Source of the DNA: Octopus vulgaris
Lineage: Eukaryota
NCBI GenBank assembly: GCA_951406725.2
Contig: OX597820.1
Location: forward strand, 55,304,001-55,368,000
Reading direction: 5' to 3'
Length of the DNA: 64,000 bases
The notes beneath the pieces were generated by a model, which was given only the letters and a program-made list of their open reading frames with translations, did no database searches and had not been told where the DNA came from. Position 1 is the stretch's first letter; the number at the start of each line of letters is the position of its first letter. Shown in pieces: positions 63,425-64,000 of the stretch. The translations under genes were made by a program, and so were the position numbers.

Positions 63425-63920
63425 CAGGTTTTGAACTCGGAACTCAAATGTACCCTGAAAAAGGTACTCCATCAATGCTTTAATATTTCCACCAGTTCAC
63501 CACTTTAGAATGGTATTTTAGTTTATTGACACCCCACCTCCCCCACCAAAGGAGGAATGGTAAGGGTGACTTTATGGGGTTTGAACTAAAAGTACCCCGC
63601 AAAACCGTACCCCATCAATGCTCTAATATTTTCATCAGTTCACCACTCTAGAATGGTATTTTATTTTATTGACTCCTCCACTTGCCCCCACCCTACTCAA
63701 AGGACAAATGGCATGGTTGACCTCATGAAATTTGAACTCAGAACTAAAAGGTAACCCATCAATGCTTTAATATTTCAACCAGTCCACTCTAGAATTGATC
63801 TAGAAATAAGACATCACTCTAGAATGGCATCTTATTTTATTGTTGCCTCACTTCCCCCACCAAAGGACAAATGGTAGGGCTGACCTCATGAGATTTGAAC
63901 TCAGAATGCTAAAAGTCAGA
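63425..63920 (-). repeat. About 150-bp tandem repeat (3-3.5 copies) derived from a SINE head
   Basis: Recurrent tttgaactc...ccatcaatgctttaatattt...ccactctagaatggtatttt...ccaaagga. Confidence 0.7.
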
Positions 63921-64000
63921 ACAAAGAACAAATTCCAGCAAGCCAAATCCGGGCCAGCTAGCAATCCATGGCACGGCCAGCCAGCAAGCCAAATCTGGGC

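Overview
AT-rich, repeat-dense animal genomic DNA; the SINE and LINE families look like those of Octopus (coleoid cephalopod; recognition from memory, not a search). Two spliced genes sit head-to-head with only 149 bp between their first ATGs. On the + strand is a complete 17-exon CDC16/APC6 gene (anaphase-promoting complex TPR subunit), CDS 13224-57687, 1761 nt/586 aa; every intron is GT-AG and the phases are consistent. On the - strand are the first three coding exons of an AKAP14/AKAP28-like ciliary PKA-anchoring gene, whose 3' end probably lies left of the window. The shared promoter holds an RFX X-box, a CCAAT box and a TATA-like motif. Introns are filled with tRNA-derived SINEs, RTE/CR1/Hero LINE fragments, Tc1/mariner, hAT, piggyBac-like and 8-bp-TSD MITEs, Helitrons and palindromic Penelope-like remnants. 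The most notable observations are a hammerhead-ribozyme-like motif with its core segments in non-canonical (pseudoknotted) order in a Hero-retrotransposon 3' UTR (32818-32895), a near-perfect ~750-bp palindrome in CDC16 intron 14, and an AKAP14-CDC16 adjacency that may be ancient microsynteny. No prokaryotic systems or CRISPR arrays are supported.
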